From Styela clava (taxonomy: Eukaryota): a DNA stretch of 64,000 nucleotides. The notes under the pieces are model-generated. The model made no database searches. It saw only the letters and a program-made list of their open reading frames with translations, and was not told the origin of the DNA. The translations under genes and the position numbers were made by a program. The stretch is taken from the NCBI RefSeq assembly GCF_964204865.1, contig NC_135260.1, positions 10,974,001 to 11,038,000 on the forward strand, read 5' to 3'. Position 1 is the first letter of the stretch, and the number at the start of each line of letters is the position of its first letter. Below, piece after piece: positions 23,560-35,834 of this stretch.

Positions 23560-25259
23560 AAAAGCTGTGCTGAGTAGAAGGCTTTAACAATCTGCCATTT
23601 TTAATTCAAGTCGTGTTATATGCTCCACCACACCATGGCACTGCCATATGAACCAGTCATATCATATATAAGTTACTGCAGCTCTGCTCGTCAATTCCTG
23701 AAGATATCTTATCTAGTTGTTTATGCACATTTGGCAGAATGCGCTGCAGCCAAAGCTTGGAGTTGAAATCTTATTTTGGTGCTTTATATAATGAACCATG
23801 GTTTCTATCTGTTTTTATTTATTTATATTGCCATGATATCTACCTGCAAAAGCACTTTATAAAATAAACACATATTGTAAATTCTTTTTTTTTTACTGTT
23901 GGTTTATTTTTCTGTGTATGCTGTTGAAATTTGTACTTATTACCAGTTTTTGTTTCCAAATTTTAATAATAAAGAGTTTTATTGGGAATTTGTAGCTTAT
24001 AATAATGTCTGAATGACAGTAGCACAGACCTTTCCATAATTGAAAATGGTAGCAATTAAATGGTAACTATGGGTACTGCTCCTGCATAATTTTGCACACA
24101 AGCTAATACAGCGAGACCTAACATGATTCGTCTTAGTACCGAAACTTTTTTGCTGCAAGAAAAAATGGTAATTATTTCAATACATTCTACCCATTTTCAA
24201 AACATTAAAACTTGTACCCGAACAATAAGTGCCATCACCCCCTGTAAAACATTAGCTTTCTTTATCATTTCCTAATTTTTTAAAAAATGGGAAATGGTAC
24301 ACTCATTATCACACTAAACTGATGCTTGTTGAATGGTAGAGAGGCAGACTAAATGCGCAGTCTGAATAACCATTGAGTACCGCAATATTTTTGACTAAAA
24401 TTTTTCGGTCGAATTCCGAATTGTTAGTTTAAGAGTCGTTCGACCATTTAGGTAGCACTGCATCTATATATCTGCAGTAAAACTATGGGCGTCAGAACTT
24501 ATGTTGTCTCATTTCATGCTGCCAATGAGTATCAGAACATTATGCACAATGGATTGACAAAACAGCACTTAAGTCCATCTCCATTGCCTCATTTACATCT
24601 CCATACCTTTTTTGCAAAACGTCTTAGATTCATAGAACTTTGAGGGTACAATCACACACAACCAGAAGTTCAAGTCTAAACAAAATCAAATGTTTAACTC
24701 CGTTTTAACAGAATTGGGAAACTAACGCGTTCAGTTTTTTGGGGGGGTTGGAATTTTCCAAATAAGCTGGTCACACTGAAATTAGTATGCAAAGGTAGCG
24801 ATTCTGTAGTGGCATGAAAAATGATTAATTTAAGCGCAGCCAGTGACGTTTTCATGACAAAGTTTTGTGAAGCATCCATAGGTTCCTTACCCTGTTGTAA
24901 TAAGTCATAACGCAATAATTTCACCATGTGAATACACAATCATATAGTATCAAATTTTTATTAAAATGTAAAAATGCTTACACTATTTTAGGAGGTATTT
25001 TATTTCCTTTTGTGCTACACTAATAATAAATCGTAAGTAGTTACCACTTTTGCAATTCTCTAAACCTTCAACCACTCCTTAGAATTAAGTCAAGTCATGA
25101 ATCATTCAAGTAAGAGTCTCTCCTTTTTCTTCTGCAAGTCATAGTTGATCTCATAAAAAGTTGTTTGGTTCAAATGACTGAAGTCACTCAAAGTCTTCTT
25201 CCACACATTTGATTCTTTACGCATGTTATTTGTGGCAAAATTTCCAACGGTGACATTAC

Positions 25260-26138
25260 TCAAAAGGCATGTTTGTATGCATACCATCCTATCAGAAGAG
25301 TACCACACCATGTGACAATAAGTGTGGTTATCTTGACAAAAGGACCATCCGAAAGTGCTCCTACAGGAATATCAATTTTTATTTCGGAGCCATTTTTATG
25401 ATCCAATGGGACCCATACACAAGTCGAACCTATAAGTGCAACAGTGTTTGTTACTATTTCTGCACAAGGGGCAAGGAACACATCTGATAAAGTTATGCAA
25501 ACTTGATCCTTTATACTCGAATGATACAGCAAAGGCCTTGAAAATCCTTCGCTATTTTCAATGCAAGATATCATTATTTTAGATGGTGGTATGACTGCAG
25601 TAATATGAGTTTTATTTACGTCATTCTCTGTGCTGCACAGATGGTATCTTGAGTGCCACGGCATGGAAATTTTCGATACCATTCTCCCTTCTATAACGCT
25701 TAATGAAGAATAAAATAAAACAGTGGATTCATGAGCAAAATACCGAGGAAGTTCCACATCTATGTTTTCATTGAAGAGTTCCACAAATTTATCTCTCTTC
25801 CTTTGTACTTCATATTGATCGATGAAAAATGAGTCTGGTACTGTTTGAACATACAAAATAACACAGTGGTTTGCAAAATCTTTGTCAGCAACAGAACTCA
25901 AATTGACAGTAGTGGTTACAATGTTGTGAAAGCCAGACTTTTCGATGTGTGAGTCAACAGTTACATCCAGAGGTGGCAGTTGAATAGATGACAAATTCAA
26001 TTTTGGTAATTTTAAGTTCTCTCTTATCTTGGAGCAATGCTTATCTTTATCAACATTATAACTGCATATCTTGCAAGGCCAAGCGTGTAAATACTTGATA
26101 TATACAAATAATAATATTAACTTGATATATATTCTCAT
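25260..26138 (-). CDS. PIGX: GPI mannosyltransferase I stabilizing subunit PIG-X (292 aa, intronless CDS)
   Basis: Signal peptide, GFHN, QTVPDSFFIDQYE, IDVELP, MPWHSRYH, IPVG followed by a C-terminal TM helix: PIG-X/PBN1 motifs. Confidence 0.88.
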   Translation of the reverse strand: MRIYIKLILLFVYIKYLHAWPCKICSYNVDKDKHCSKIRENLKLPKLNLSSIQLPPLDVTVDSHIEKSGFHNIVTTTVNLSSVADKDFANHCVILYVQTVPDSFFIDQYEVQRKRDKFVELFNENIDVELPRYFAHESTVLFYSSLSVIEGRMVSKISMPWHSRYHLCSTENDVNKTHITAVIPPSKIMISCIENSEGFSRPLLYHSSIKDQVCITLSDVFLAPCAEIVTNTVALIGSTCVWVPLDHKNGSEIKIDIPVGALSDGPFVKITTLIVTWCGTLLIGWYAYKHAF

Positions 26139-26725
26139 TGTATGCTGAAATGAAACATCCTGTTCAAAAAAGGAATTGATATCATCAAAGTTTTAATATA
26201 TCTTGAAATAAATTTTATATCCATTGACACAACAGGAAACAAGTGTCTGATTTTATCTTTATGTGGAGGTACTACGTACTAGGATAGATGCCAATTTGTG
26301 GTGGCATTTTCATTGAATCATGAAATATTTAATATAAATAAATACAGACAGAAGATAAATTAGGAATAATGACTGTCAAAATTTGTATAAATGGCACTTT
26401 CGACTTTGCAATAATTAAAACTTAAATATAAAAGTTGGCAAATATTTTGATGACCCACTTATATGATTTACCTATAAAGACTAGACAATAGAATAAGAAC
26501 TTCAAAATAGTATGAACTCTAAACATGGAAATCGAAAAAGAACACTTAGCTTCGACATGCATCCCACTAGAATATCTACTAAAGTGTTGCAATATAAAGA
26601 GAAAAGCACAGTGTAATACTGACGATTTGTGCTAATCTAGGCACAAAATTAAAACATCTTCCAGTTAGTAGGAGCTATCACAGGAATGTGAGTTGTCTAT
26701 GATTGCAGAAGATCACTGCCAAGTG

Positions 26726-27541
26726 CTAATCATCTGCTATCCTTAAAACCAGTCCACTGGTGGAAGGAATGCACTTTATCAAATCAGATCCAACTAGATC
26801 ATGTGTGTGATATGTTAGACCAAGTTTGATAGACGCAGGTGATTTACGAGACCTGAGTTCAGTTAATAGAATTTCTCTGCTCTTAGTAGCTCTAATCATT
26901 CTTATTGTTGCCTGTCTTCCTTTTTTAAAAATCTTTATAAATTGACCAGCGCCAGGTATAGAGAACCACCAACTTCCAGCATCTCTTAAAGTTAGAAGTC
27001 CGGCATTTACCAACTCTGTAATGTCTTTATCTTTAAATCCATATTGATTTATCATTGTATGTTCAGTAATAGTAAGTTCTGATATACTTCCAATAACCTC
27101 GATCAAAAATCGAGATATGATTTGCTCCCTGCTAGTTAACTTCTTATCATCTTTACGTTCACCCCGTCCTTCCCTAGATGAAATATTGTGATATCGATTG
27201 ACGTGAGCAATAAAATCTTTTGTTAATACAATCATATGCTCCTCATTTCTATGTTCCAAATGAAATATTTTTATTCGTCCACATTCAAAAAGATCATTTA
27301 CTTGCTGATCAACTGTCGTTCTATTTTCCAATAAAGCATACAATTGATGTTTAAAAACAATAGGCGGAAACCGGTTCTGCAGTTGTTCTTGTGGAAATAT
27401 ATTTCTAATGTGCTCAATTGCACTCATTGCATCAGTTATATTAGCTTCTGAATCTAGTTTTCCATTACTCCAAGGTATGAATGTTTTGGACTTCTTGCTG
27501 TTTCCAGGAGAGCCACGTAATATAGTATGTCGTCTCTTCAT
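26726..27541 (-). CDS. STK19: STK19 (winged-helix DNA repair factor, 271 aa, intronless CDS)
   Basis: PPIVFKHQLY..NRTTVDQQV; LVNAGLLTLRDAGSWWFSIPGAGQFIKIFKKGRQA; LGLTYHTHDLVG..TSGLVLR closely match STK19. Confidence 0.93.
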   Translation of the reverse strand: MKRRHTILRGSPGNSKKSKTFIPWSNGKLDSEANITDAMSAIEHIRNIFPQEQLQNRFPPIVFKHQLYALLENRTTVDQQVNDLFECGRIKIFHLEHRNEEHMIVLTKDFIAHVNRYHNISSREGRGERKDDKKLTSREQIISRFLIEVIGSISELTITEHTMINQYGFKDKDITELVNAGLLTLRDAGSWWFSIPGAGQFIKIFKKGRQATIRMIRATKSREILLTELRSRKSPASIKLGLTYHTHDLVGSDLIKCIPSTSGLVLRIADD

Positions 27542-28204
27542 TCCGTGACAAATAATATTTTAATTTAGTGTTAGTAATTATGCTGATCTATAGAGAAAAG
27601 AATAAAGTAATATAAAAACAAGCTTGAATATTTCACAGAAGTAAATTCACATCCAGTTGGATTGAAAAAAAATAGTAGAAGTACATTGGTACAATTTACA
27701 TCATTGTAACTCGAGAAATAATAAAGATTCCCCTCATGACGTTACTATTTCTCTAGAGATTTTGACAGCCAGTCATTCTTGATTAATTTTCACTGGAGAA
27801 AAAGTTTAACTGTTATCCAACTTAAACAGCAAAATAGTAGACAAGATTCGAAACATCTAATCTAAATTCCAGTCATATTTTATTTCGATTATTCTGTTTC
27901 ATTCATCAAGCATATAAATAGATTGAAGGCATGAAAAATATCATTTCTCTAAACAAATGACTGGGACTTCATCATAATATCCATGGACACATTAATACCA
28001 TGCCATTTCCTATCAAAAATATACACATAATCTAAAACAAGCCAAAAATAATAAATTTCCTCATCCAGTTCATATTATCCAAATGCCAGAAAGAATGCTT
28101 TTGGTAACAAGATTATGAACTTTGTCATATGTCGCTTGATACTATCCCTGAAAGACATGCCATCTTACTTAAATGATATAGGTGTGAAGTTCTATAACAC
28201 CCTT

Positions 28205-28957
28205 TCATGATTTTGGCACAAGATGCCGTGCGTTATATTTAGCACCCTCATCATATTTTGTCATATCTTTATCTGCAGTTCCGCAAGTACCAATTCCCAC
28301 TCTTCCAACAAGACCTTCAGGTGATGCAAATATACTTTTCTTGACGGCACCTTTCATAGACTTATGTGTGATTTTTTTATTAAATTCTTTCCATTTATGT
28401 TTCGAAATTTCAGATTCAGCTTCTTTCTCTTTTGCTCTCATTTTCTTTCTTTGATTTTTCTTTTTACGATATTCACGTTGTTGAATCATTAATTCCCGTT
28501 TACTGGCTTTTGATTTAAAACCAGCCTTGTCACCATCGGCAAGCAGTTTTAACTGCGTTAATTGACAAACATCTGGCTGCTCAAATTCATCAAATCGAAC
28601 TGCAACTGTTGCACTTTCAGGTAAAATTTCTTCGAGTACTCCTTTGTGATATTTCCCATCTCCACTCCATATTGCATAACATGGGTCACCTACTTTCCAC
28701 ATATGACGAGGACCACTGTCAGGCTGAACAGTCTCTTCTGCTATTTCTTCGGCGGTTTTTCCAGTTGTTGTTTTTGCTTTCGTTGAAGGTTTTGCAGCTT
28801 CTACTCCCATTAAATCTTTAGTTAGTTGAATAACTTCTTCAAGATCTTGCTTCAATTTTTTAAGTTCTTCATTTTCAGGATCTGCTGATAGAGCTGCCTC
28901 GACTTGCGCTAATTGCACTTTATAGTTTGTCAAATTTGCTTCCAATTCGGCAGACAT
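28205..28957 (-). CDS. SMNDC1: Survival motor neuron domain-containing 1 / splicing factor SPF30 (250 aa, intronless CDS)
   Basis: LTNYKVQLAQVEAALSADPENEELKKLKQDLEEVIQLT; Tudor domain WKVGDPCYAIWSGDGKY; KKSIFASPEGLVGRVGIGTCG. Confidence 0.96.
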   Translation of the reverse strand: MSAELEANLTNYKVQLAQVEAALSADPENEELKKLKQDLEEVIQLTKDLMGVEAAKPSTKAKTTTGKTAEEIAEETVQPDSGPRHMWKVGDPCYAIWSGDGKYHKGVLEEILPESATVAVRFDEFEQPDVCQLTQLKLLADGDKAGFKSKASKRELMIQQREYRKKKNQRKKMRAKEKEAESEISKHKWKEFNKKITHKSMKGAVKKSIFASPEGLVGRVGIGTCGTADKDMTKYDEGAKYNARHLVPKS

Positions 28958-29667
28958 GATTTTTTGTTTTAATAAAAATTCAAAGGTTTAAAAGATCTAA
29001 AGGTTTTCAAAACTGTTGTATTTGCAAAATGGTAAAATTATTCATTTATTAATTCTGCAATCCGGTACATATACGAAGAACCTCATTCCTATATTTCAAA
29101 CTTGAATTGTATAAATCCTGAAATCAGTACAATTATTTAAATTCATTTTATTTGTTAGACTACAGGTACAGGACTGGGCTTTATACAGATATACCAAATA
29201 TTACAAGTGAACACTAAATTAATGATAATGTAGTGGGGAAATTGAGATATATAGCAGTTTAAATTATACCGTACTAAACCTGATGAAAATTTAATTAATA
29301 TAATGTGTACAGGTTTATGACACCTGTTGTTCTATGGCCTACCGTACACTAGTTTATTATTAAGGTTTCGAGGGTGGCTAGTCTGGATTTCATGGCCTTT
29401 TTGAATGAGAAATCGGGCGTGCAATCAGAAATTCCTGCATGCAAATCAGAATTCCCTTGCGGGCGTGCGAAACAACTGCGCCCGCATGCAACTGACTTTG
29501 ACTTTAGATACCATTCAATACATTTATCAAAAAATTGTTATGCCACACCTACTACTAGCCTAGAAGTCTGTTAGGTACCGTAACAGTATAAGGTCAAGCA
29601 GAAATAAAAAAATGGAATACCGGTATGAAGGTACCGGTATCCCAAATCTCTGAATCTTGTGGATTCA

Positions 29668-30024
29668 GCGCGGCGTGGCGGTGTGGCTCAACGGGCTAAG
29701 TGTTAGAAATACGCTCGCCACCGCACCTCTAATTACTCTGCGTGGGTTCGCAGGTTCGAATCCCATGCAGGGATGGTTATGTGCGAGAGGATTGCTGGAC
29801 TCCTTGCCGTCGTTGGGTGGTTCACGTAACCGCTGGTCGGTTACCGTTCGGCTTCCTCCACCACCAAGTCCATGCTTCCGAAAACAAACAATATAACTAA
29901 TCCCATACCCTGATACCGACTAGGAATTGTAACCGGACGAGAGGCCGTGGTTTGCCATATGGATAAGCCGTCTTATCGGCTTTCCTCTCCCCTGGGATAA
30001 ATATGTAAATACTATCCTATCCTA
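29668..30024 (+). mobile_element. tRNA-derived SINE (full length)
   Basis: A-box TGGCTCAACGG, B-box GGTTCGAATCC, unrelated body, (TATCC)n tail; a diverged 3' fragment recurs inverted near 63810. Confidence 0.8.
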
Positions 30025-30229
30025 TTCAGGGTTTACCATAGTCTGATAGTGATTGTCCATACTCAGATACTGCCATACCGTCATACGTACCCCGATACGC
30101 GGCACCTGTACATTGATTGAGTACCGGCAACATTATAAATTTAGACGCTCGCGTTAAAACTGGAAAATGATCTTTCAAAACGCCAACGAACGAACCTACA
30201 GACCTAGGGAAGGGACTGAAGGATTGAGT

Positions 30230-30311
30230 TGAAACATCGCCAAAACGTCAAACAACAAATCTGGTGCGCAGTCACGTCACGTGACAAGCCAATCACAAGG
30301 ATCGATTGGGA
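30230..30311. promoter_or_regulatory. Candidate promoter for the SMNDC1-STK19-PIGX cluster
   Basis: GTCACGTGAC E-box, CCAAT/ATTGG boxes and CpG enrichment ~1.3 kb upstream of the SMNDC1 ATG. Confidence 0.4.
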
Positions 30312-30351
30312 CCACTGAGGTGTATAAATACTGTAGTGTACACCTCAATGG
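30312..30351. mobile_element. 40-bp hairpin micro-MITE
   Basis: 13-bp TIR CCACTGAGGTGTA / TACACCTCAATGG flanked by the exact direct repeat TTGGGA (30306-30311, 30352-30357). Confidence 0.6.
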
Positions 30352-30504
30352 TTGGGACATTCTCCAAAAGTCTCGATTTTGGATTTTATATTTATACGGT
30401 ATTTCTATTTACTGGCAATCCCAATCCCCAAAATCCTAAAAATCCCAAGTTTTTGCGTGTTGAATGTGAGTTGTAATAAACAAACAAATATTATATTCCC
30501 TGAT

Positions 30505-31330
30505 TACAAATCTTGAGTTCTAGTGATAATCACTCAAACCATATTTACGCTCAAATCATCCAGGGTGTAAAAAAGTTACTGCTTTTTTTGTAGTCTTGAA
30601 TGATGGAAATGGGTCAACTCCTTCATTCATTCAACTTTGAAGAAATATGAAATAGTGAGTAAAGCGTTGCACATATAGAACTTAACTATATTGGCATCGC
30701 AGGGTCAATATCTCCGACCAAAACCAATGGTCATCAGTCATCACATTGTTCCGGCTATGAAAAACGAAGGAGGGAAAGCCAAAACAGGAAGGAAACGGCC
30801 CTCCCTACAATAGTAGCTTCTTGCGCACAAGTGGCTGCGTGTGAATAGCCTTGTTTGAAGTGAAAGTGTGATGAACTCCTCATAAAAAATTATGGATTGA
30901 TCTACCGAAAGCTACATTTAACTAAAAGTGACAACACATCGGTTACTTTAGTAATTTGGAACAAGGTGGCGATTTTGCCACATCGGCTGTGAAAAGCATG
31001 TACTAATTTTCCGTTCAACACTATTTTATCTAACATTTTAAAATGCGTTACATATTACAGTAAATACCACATCAGTCAAGATATTCAAAAAAACGTTTCA
31101 CTAAATTCGCGGTCGAAATATCAGATTATAAACCAGTTCTAGTTAATTTAGCTCACTATACAAACTTCGGTTTGTTAGTTTCCTTGTATAAATTATATAT
31201 ATATATTATCACAAATTTACAAACTGCAAAATTATTAGTTGTTGCTCTGACAGTATTGAAGTGGGTTGCTACGCAGCTTGCCACTTGACCATCAGTCGCA
31301 TCTTACGGCTTTTAAATGGTGACATGCGAG
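30505..31330. repeat. Direct-orientation diverged copy of ~48815-50095 (left part of a local segmental duplication)
   Basis: Collinear matches, e.g. AAATCTTGAGT(T/A)CTAGT, GCGCACAAGTGGCTGCGTGT, TGCTCTGACAGTATTGAAGTGGGTTGC; the 49469-49910 MITE is absent here (empty site near 31226). Confidence 0.85.
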
Positions 31331-31527
31331 TCACGCGTGAAATTTTATCGCAGAGAAAATAAAATATTATCAGAGGAGTGTGTTTTAAAGATATATTGCT
31401 AAATAGAACTCTAGCACACGCTTTTAAAAAGCCACGAGTGAAGCTTTAGGGCTTGATGGTTGACAAATAAAATATTTAAAAAATAACTCATGCAAATTGG
31501 CCCAGGGAAGACGGCAGGAAGAAGGTT

Positions 31528-34490
31528 AATGCCGGTGGAGTTGATCAGACAACATGGAACATACCTATATTTTTTTTTATCAATTGACGCCACAGGCACC
31601 TGATGTTGCAGAAAGTCGTTCCGCCTGTAGCCTGCCTGTCAGACTAGTTCAAGACGCATGTTGTTTTGGACATTGCAAAAAAAGGGAGGAAGCAACATCT
31701 TTGTGGTATCAATTATCACCGTCGATTTTGAACGAGGTAACTTATAACTTGTGACTTGAAAGTTTTCCCGACTAAAATAAATAATTAGAATTGTTTTAGC
31801 GGTTTTCGAAAATCATTGAAGATTTTCCTAAATATATTGTTAGAATTCACAAAACGAGGATAAAACACGAATTTATGTTCCGCATCTTCTTGTACTTGAG
31901 TATAGGACATGGGTACAACAATTCAAGATAGTTGTGAATACCAATTAATTTCAGCGCATTTTGTTGTAGTTTCGAATTATTACTAGCAATGAAAATCGTA
32001 GACGTCTCGAGCGGTCTTATAATATACTTTATGCTCTCTCCTTTTTTCACGACACGCTCAAGCACTTCTTGCTGTATTATTTATCACTCCTCTTCAGAAT
32101 CTCAGTCGAGAACCAACTGCTCCACATCCTTTCGAAAAAATATTGAGGGAACGAAATAGTCTCGATTACATGAAAAGAGTGAGTTTATGTTAACTATTGT
32201 TTTGTTACTCGAATGCACTGCGTGCAATAACATCTCAATAAAACTCAATTCTCTTTTTTCAGATGGATATAGAATAGCTAAAATTAGATCATTGGTAAGA
32301 TTATTATTGATAAAGATTTCAAATTAATATTGACCGTTATATATTATATCTGTTATTACAGAATACTTACGCTTTAATTTACAGGATTAAGATGGAAGTG
32401 AATCGCCGACTACATGCTGGCTCTATTACCTCCCTTCGGACTAATTATTTTTCATGTAAAAAGTTCTATTATCATAGTTATATATATTTTAGTTCATGCC
32501 TTCATTGCCTTAATACTTTATAATTTCAGGCCGAGGGGAGTCCAGGTTTATTTTTAGATTGGAATAGGGTAAGGTATAGCTAGAATATCGATATATATAT
32601 TAACATAGAGTAGTTAAAAATTCTCTTCAAACTCCAGTGCACTTAAGAATTGTTCGACAAGGTTTTTGAGGCGTGTCGGCCCACAGTTAATGAAAATCAC
32701 ATATTTCTTCTTCGTTTCAGCCGAGTTCATTTTCCGTTCGCCAGGAAACACACCACTTCCTTTTACATCAGAGTGGAATTTAATGTTGGAGATGAATTTC
32801 ATCCATCGATATATTGGGTTTGGCACTTTATTCGTACACTCACCAAAAATATCATGCTGACTAGTAGGCTATAGCAGTAAATTCAGTTAGGTAGTCACAA
32901 TATCCATCAATTTAAGTTTACCGTTACAATTTTATATCTATGGGTCAAAACTGCCAATATTGAGGAAGAGAAAACTACAGAGATTCAGGTGAGCTGTGCA
33001 AAAATTGTTTTATGTAATTCTTATACGCTACTCATATTGTCAAAAATATATTTACTAGATTGCAATGGCAGTAGCTAAAAGAATGAACTGGATGATAGAA
33101 CAAGTTGAAAATAACGTTGAAGAAGGTGTCCTGGGAAATATTGGTTAAACTTGAAATCTTCATAACGCATATATCATACAATATCATGGTAATTTAAATC
33201 TTCACAAGAAATTTTTGTTACTGATTTGGGAACCGAATTTCTATCGTGTTTTTTCAACAAATTCTACACCATGATCTTATGAAAAAACGTATATCTGATA
33301 CTTTTTACCTATGTCGTTTTTTAAATTATGAGTAAGTCTACTAAATTGATAATTATCATCTTTTTAATTTAACTTGTTGATAATTATAGGATTATGTGGA
33401 ACTCAATGGGAGCGATGTTCTTTCGATATCAAGTTGCAACTATTTACAAGTATGGCAGTTTCCTTTTTTTGTCAGACATACTTTAGAACACGTCAGTTAT
33501 AATTATGAATAAAATCGAAGTTTATATTTATTTATCGTTATTACATTTTTTTTAAATCGCTGGAAGAAGCTCCAGTCTCCAGTTTGTTGAATACAATGAT
33601 CGAGAGGTAGATTATATTATATTTTAACAATATCCAATAAATGCAAAAAAACGATTCAAAAATATTTCTGCATTTCATTTTTGCCATAGTTTGTAATTAT
33701 AAATTTTTTAACGGCTTTATTTCAGTTTGATAGTTTATCAGTATCGGTGGATATGAGCTTGGAAGATAAAGATGAAATCAAGATTCGAGAGGTGCGTTTG
33801 AATTTTGTTCATTATTTTGCATTCTGAATCAATAAAATTGTAAACTTTGTGCTAAGGACAATATTTTTTTTCTATGTATATTTCAACGAGTTTTAGTTTT
33901 CAAGCCAGTAAATTGTCTCAGTTATTTGACATCAAATATTCCTATATTTATTTTTAAAATAAGTACAATATCTGGAATTGATCTGATTGATATCTGAATA
34001 CAATACCTGGAATTGATTTTTTGCAGCTTGATACAAGAGAAACTTACGTTGTTGAAGGCGAACTTGCCAATATTACCTCTCTGATTTCTGTGAGTATTTT
34101 TTTTTATAGAATAACATAATTTTTATTGGTGTTAAATGAACGTAACAAGTTTATGATAGACTGATAAAACATATAAACAATGGGTTGATGAAATTTTGTT
34201 TGGCGAGTTGGAAGTCGTCGGTAGAGAGGTGAGCACGATAGGTAGTATTAAAATATTTCCCGACTCTTATATTTGTAATCCCACATTGTTTCATGCTGGT
34301 GTTTGACGTTTTAGTCTGAAATGAGGAATCAAATATTTTTCAATTATTCTTTTTCATCAACTTTGTCGAAGAGATTTTCAACACATTTCATCACAGTTCA
34401 CTAAGACAATTAGTGAACGGATTCCCGTTTGAACTCTTACGTTCAGATTCCCGTTTTAAAAACTGTTGAATTGTTTCAACCTGATATTAA
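31528..34490 (+). pseudogene. Partial unprocessed pseudogene: inverted duplicate of 55140-51468 of the phase-0 micro-exon gene
   Basis: Exon-by-exon and intron homology to the minus-strand gene. Lesions: acceptor AG>AA (~31583), 1-nt deletion giving TAG at 32275-32277, both splice sites lost at the ~32658-32686 exon, acceptors lost at ~32943 and ~33561. Confidence 0.85.
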
Positions 34491-34799
34491 ATAGCTTTTG
34501 TCTCTATATTTGTTTTTTCACGTACATAATGAAGTAATGTTCGTTGATTATATACATATATATCTAATTATATGTATCTGTTTTTTACGGATTGTTTATT
34601 TCGTTAATAAACACATTGCGCCATTGGTATTTTGTTCCCGTTTATAACAAAAAATTAAGCATGAACTAATAATAATATATATATTAGGTCATGTATAGCC
34701 AAATCCGTAATATATATATATTAATTTTATTATGGAAACCTGGCGGGCTTGGATTACATTTGATTATTTAAGTAATTATTATTTGCGCAGAACGTTTGA

Positions 34800-35323
34800 C
34801 ATTCCATTGACATGCTTTTTCATAACTCAATGGTCCCTTCCCTTTGGCCGCATTTCAATTGGCACTTTTTCATAAAATCTACCATCTACCACTCAGTTTG
34901 CAGCGCAGTCTGAGACTAGAGAAAATTCAAAACAATTCGCTTCGGAATTAAATGCGTCGCCGATGACGTAATCTGTGAAGATTTATCTGCACTTCGATTA
35001 ATTCACTCGAATAGTAAACTGCGCATTTGCCACCGACCTCCGCTCTCGATACGATTACGACAGCCGTTGCAATGCAATAAACGCTTTTCACAACAAAGAA
35101 TTTGATTGCAACATAACAATGGACAATTACATGGTAAAATAAAGGCTTCCATGGGTATTCGACGCAAAAGACGAATGCATTATAAATCATAAAAGGTTTA
35201 TTCGAAACGTAATGAGTCGTAGTTGTCAGGTCATTCTTCTTCAAAATAATTAAGGCGGAAAGAGCCGCATGGAACTAAAGCAAGAGCCGCATGCGGCTCG
35301 CGAGCCGCGGGTTAGCCACTTCT
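34800..35323. mobile_element. hAT-like non-autonomous element remnant
   Basis: Right end with GAGCCGC subterminal repeats, GCGGCTCGCGAGCCGC palindrome and GGTTAGCCACTTCT terminus; left end not resolved. Confidence 0.5.
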
Positions 35324-35725
35324 CATGCGGCATGGACCCTCGTATATATTATATATATTGTCTTGTGGCCATTAGCATATGTCAGGCCAGCCCAATCTTC
35401 TAAGTCTCGCAGACCACTTTCACATGCCGAAATTACTTGCGTGCCGCAAACGTGTGGATCAAACTTCAATACTTGTCAAGTTCGGATTTACGTAAAAATT
35501 CCTATAATGCACGAAAGACAAGTTTATTTACATAAAATCAATTGAGTCAATAATCAATTACTGGTTACTGAGTAGGACTGGGCAAAATATTCGATTATTG
35601 TGTCAAATATTAAAATAGCAGTTTAACCTGAGGGACGTGACCTGGACACGGCACGTCACCTGCTCGTCGCTGAATCAAGGGCTTGGATTGCACTATGCTA
35701 TCATCTCGATGGATATTTAGAATCC

Positions 35726-35834
35726 GGCGCTCCAGAAGTATGTGTACCAAGATGGCGCACAACCTGATAACCTAACCTGGTACACATGCTATGTTCAGGT
35801 TGTGCGCCATCTTAGTGCACATACTTCGAGAGCT
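35726..35834. mobile_element. Merlin-like hairpin MITE
   Basis: ~40-bp inverted repeats; 8-bp TSD TAGAATCC/TAGAATTC. Confidence 0.7.

Noticed and set aside
29668-29775. tRNA gene
   Set aside because: A and B boxes are present, but there is no convincing cloverleaf or acceptor stem, and it continues into a repeat body with a simple-repeat tail that recurs elsewhere: a SINE
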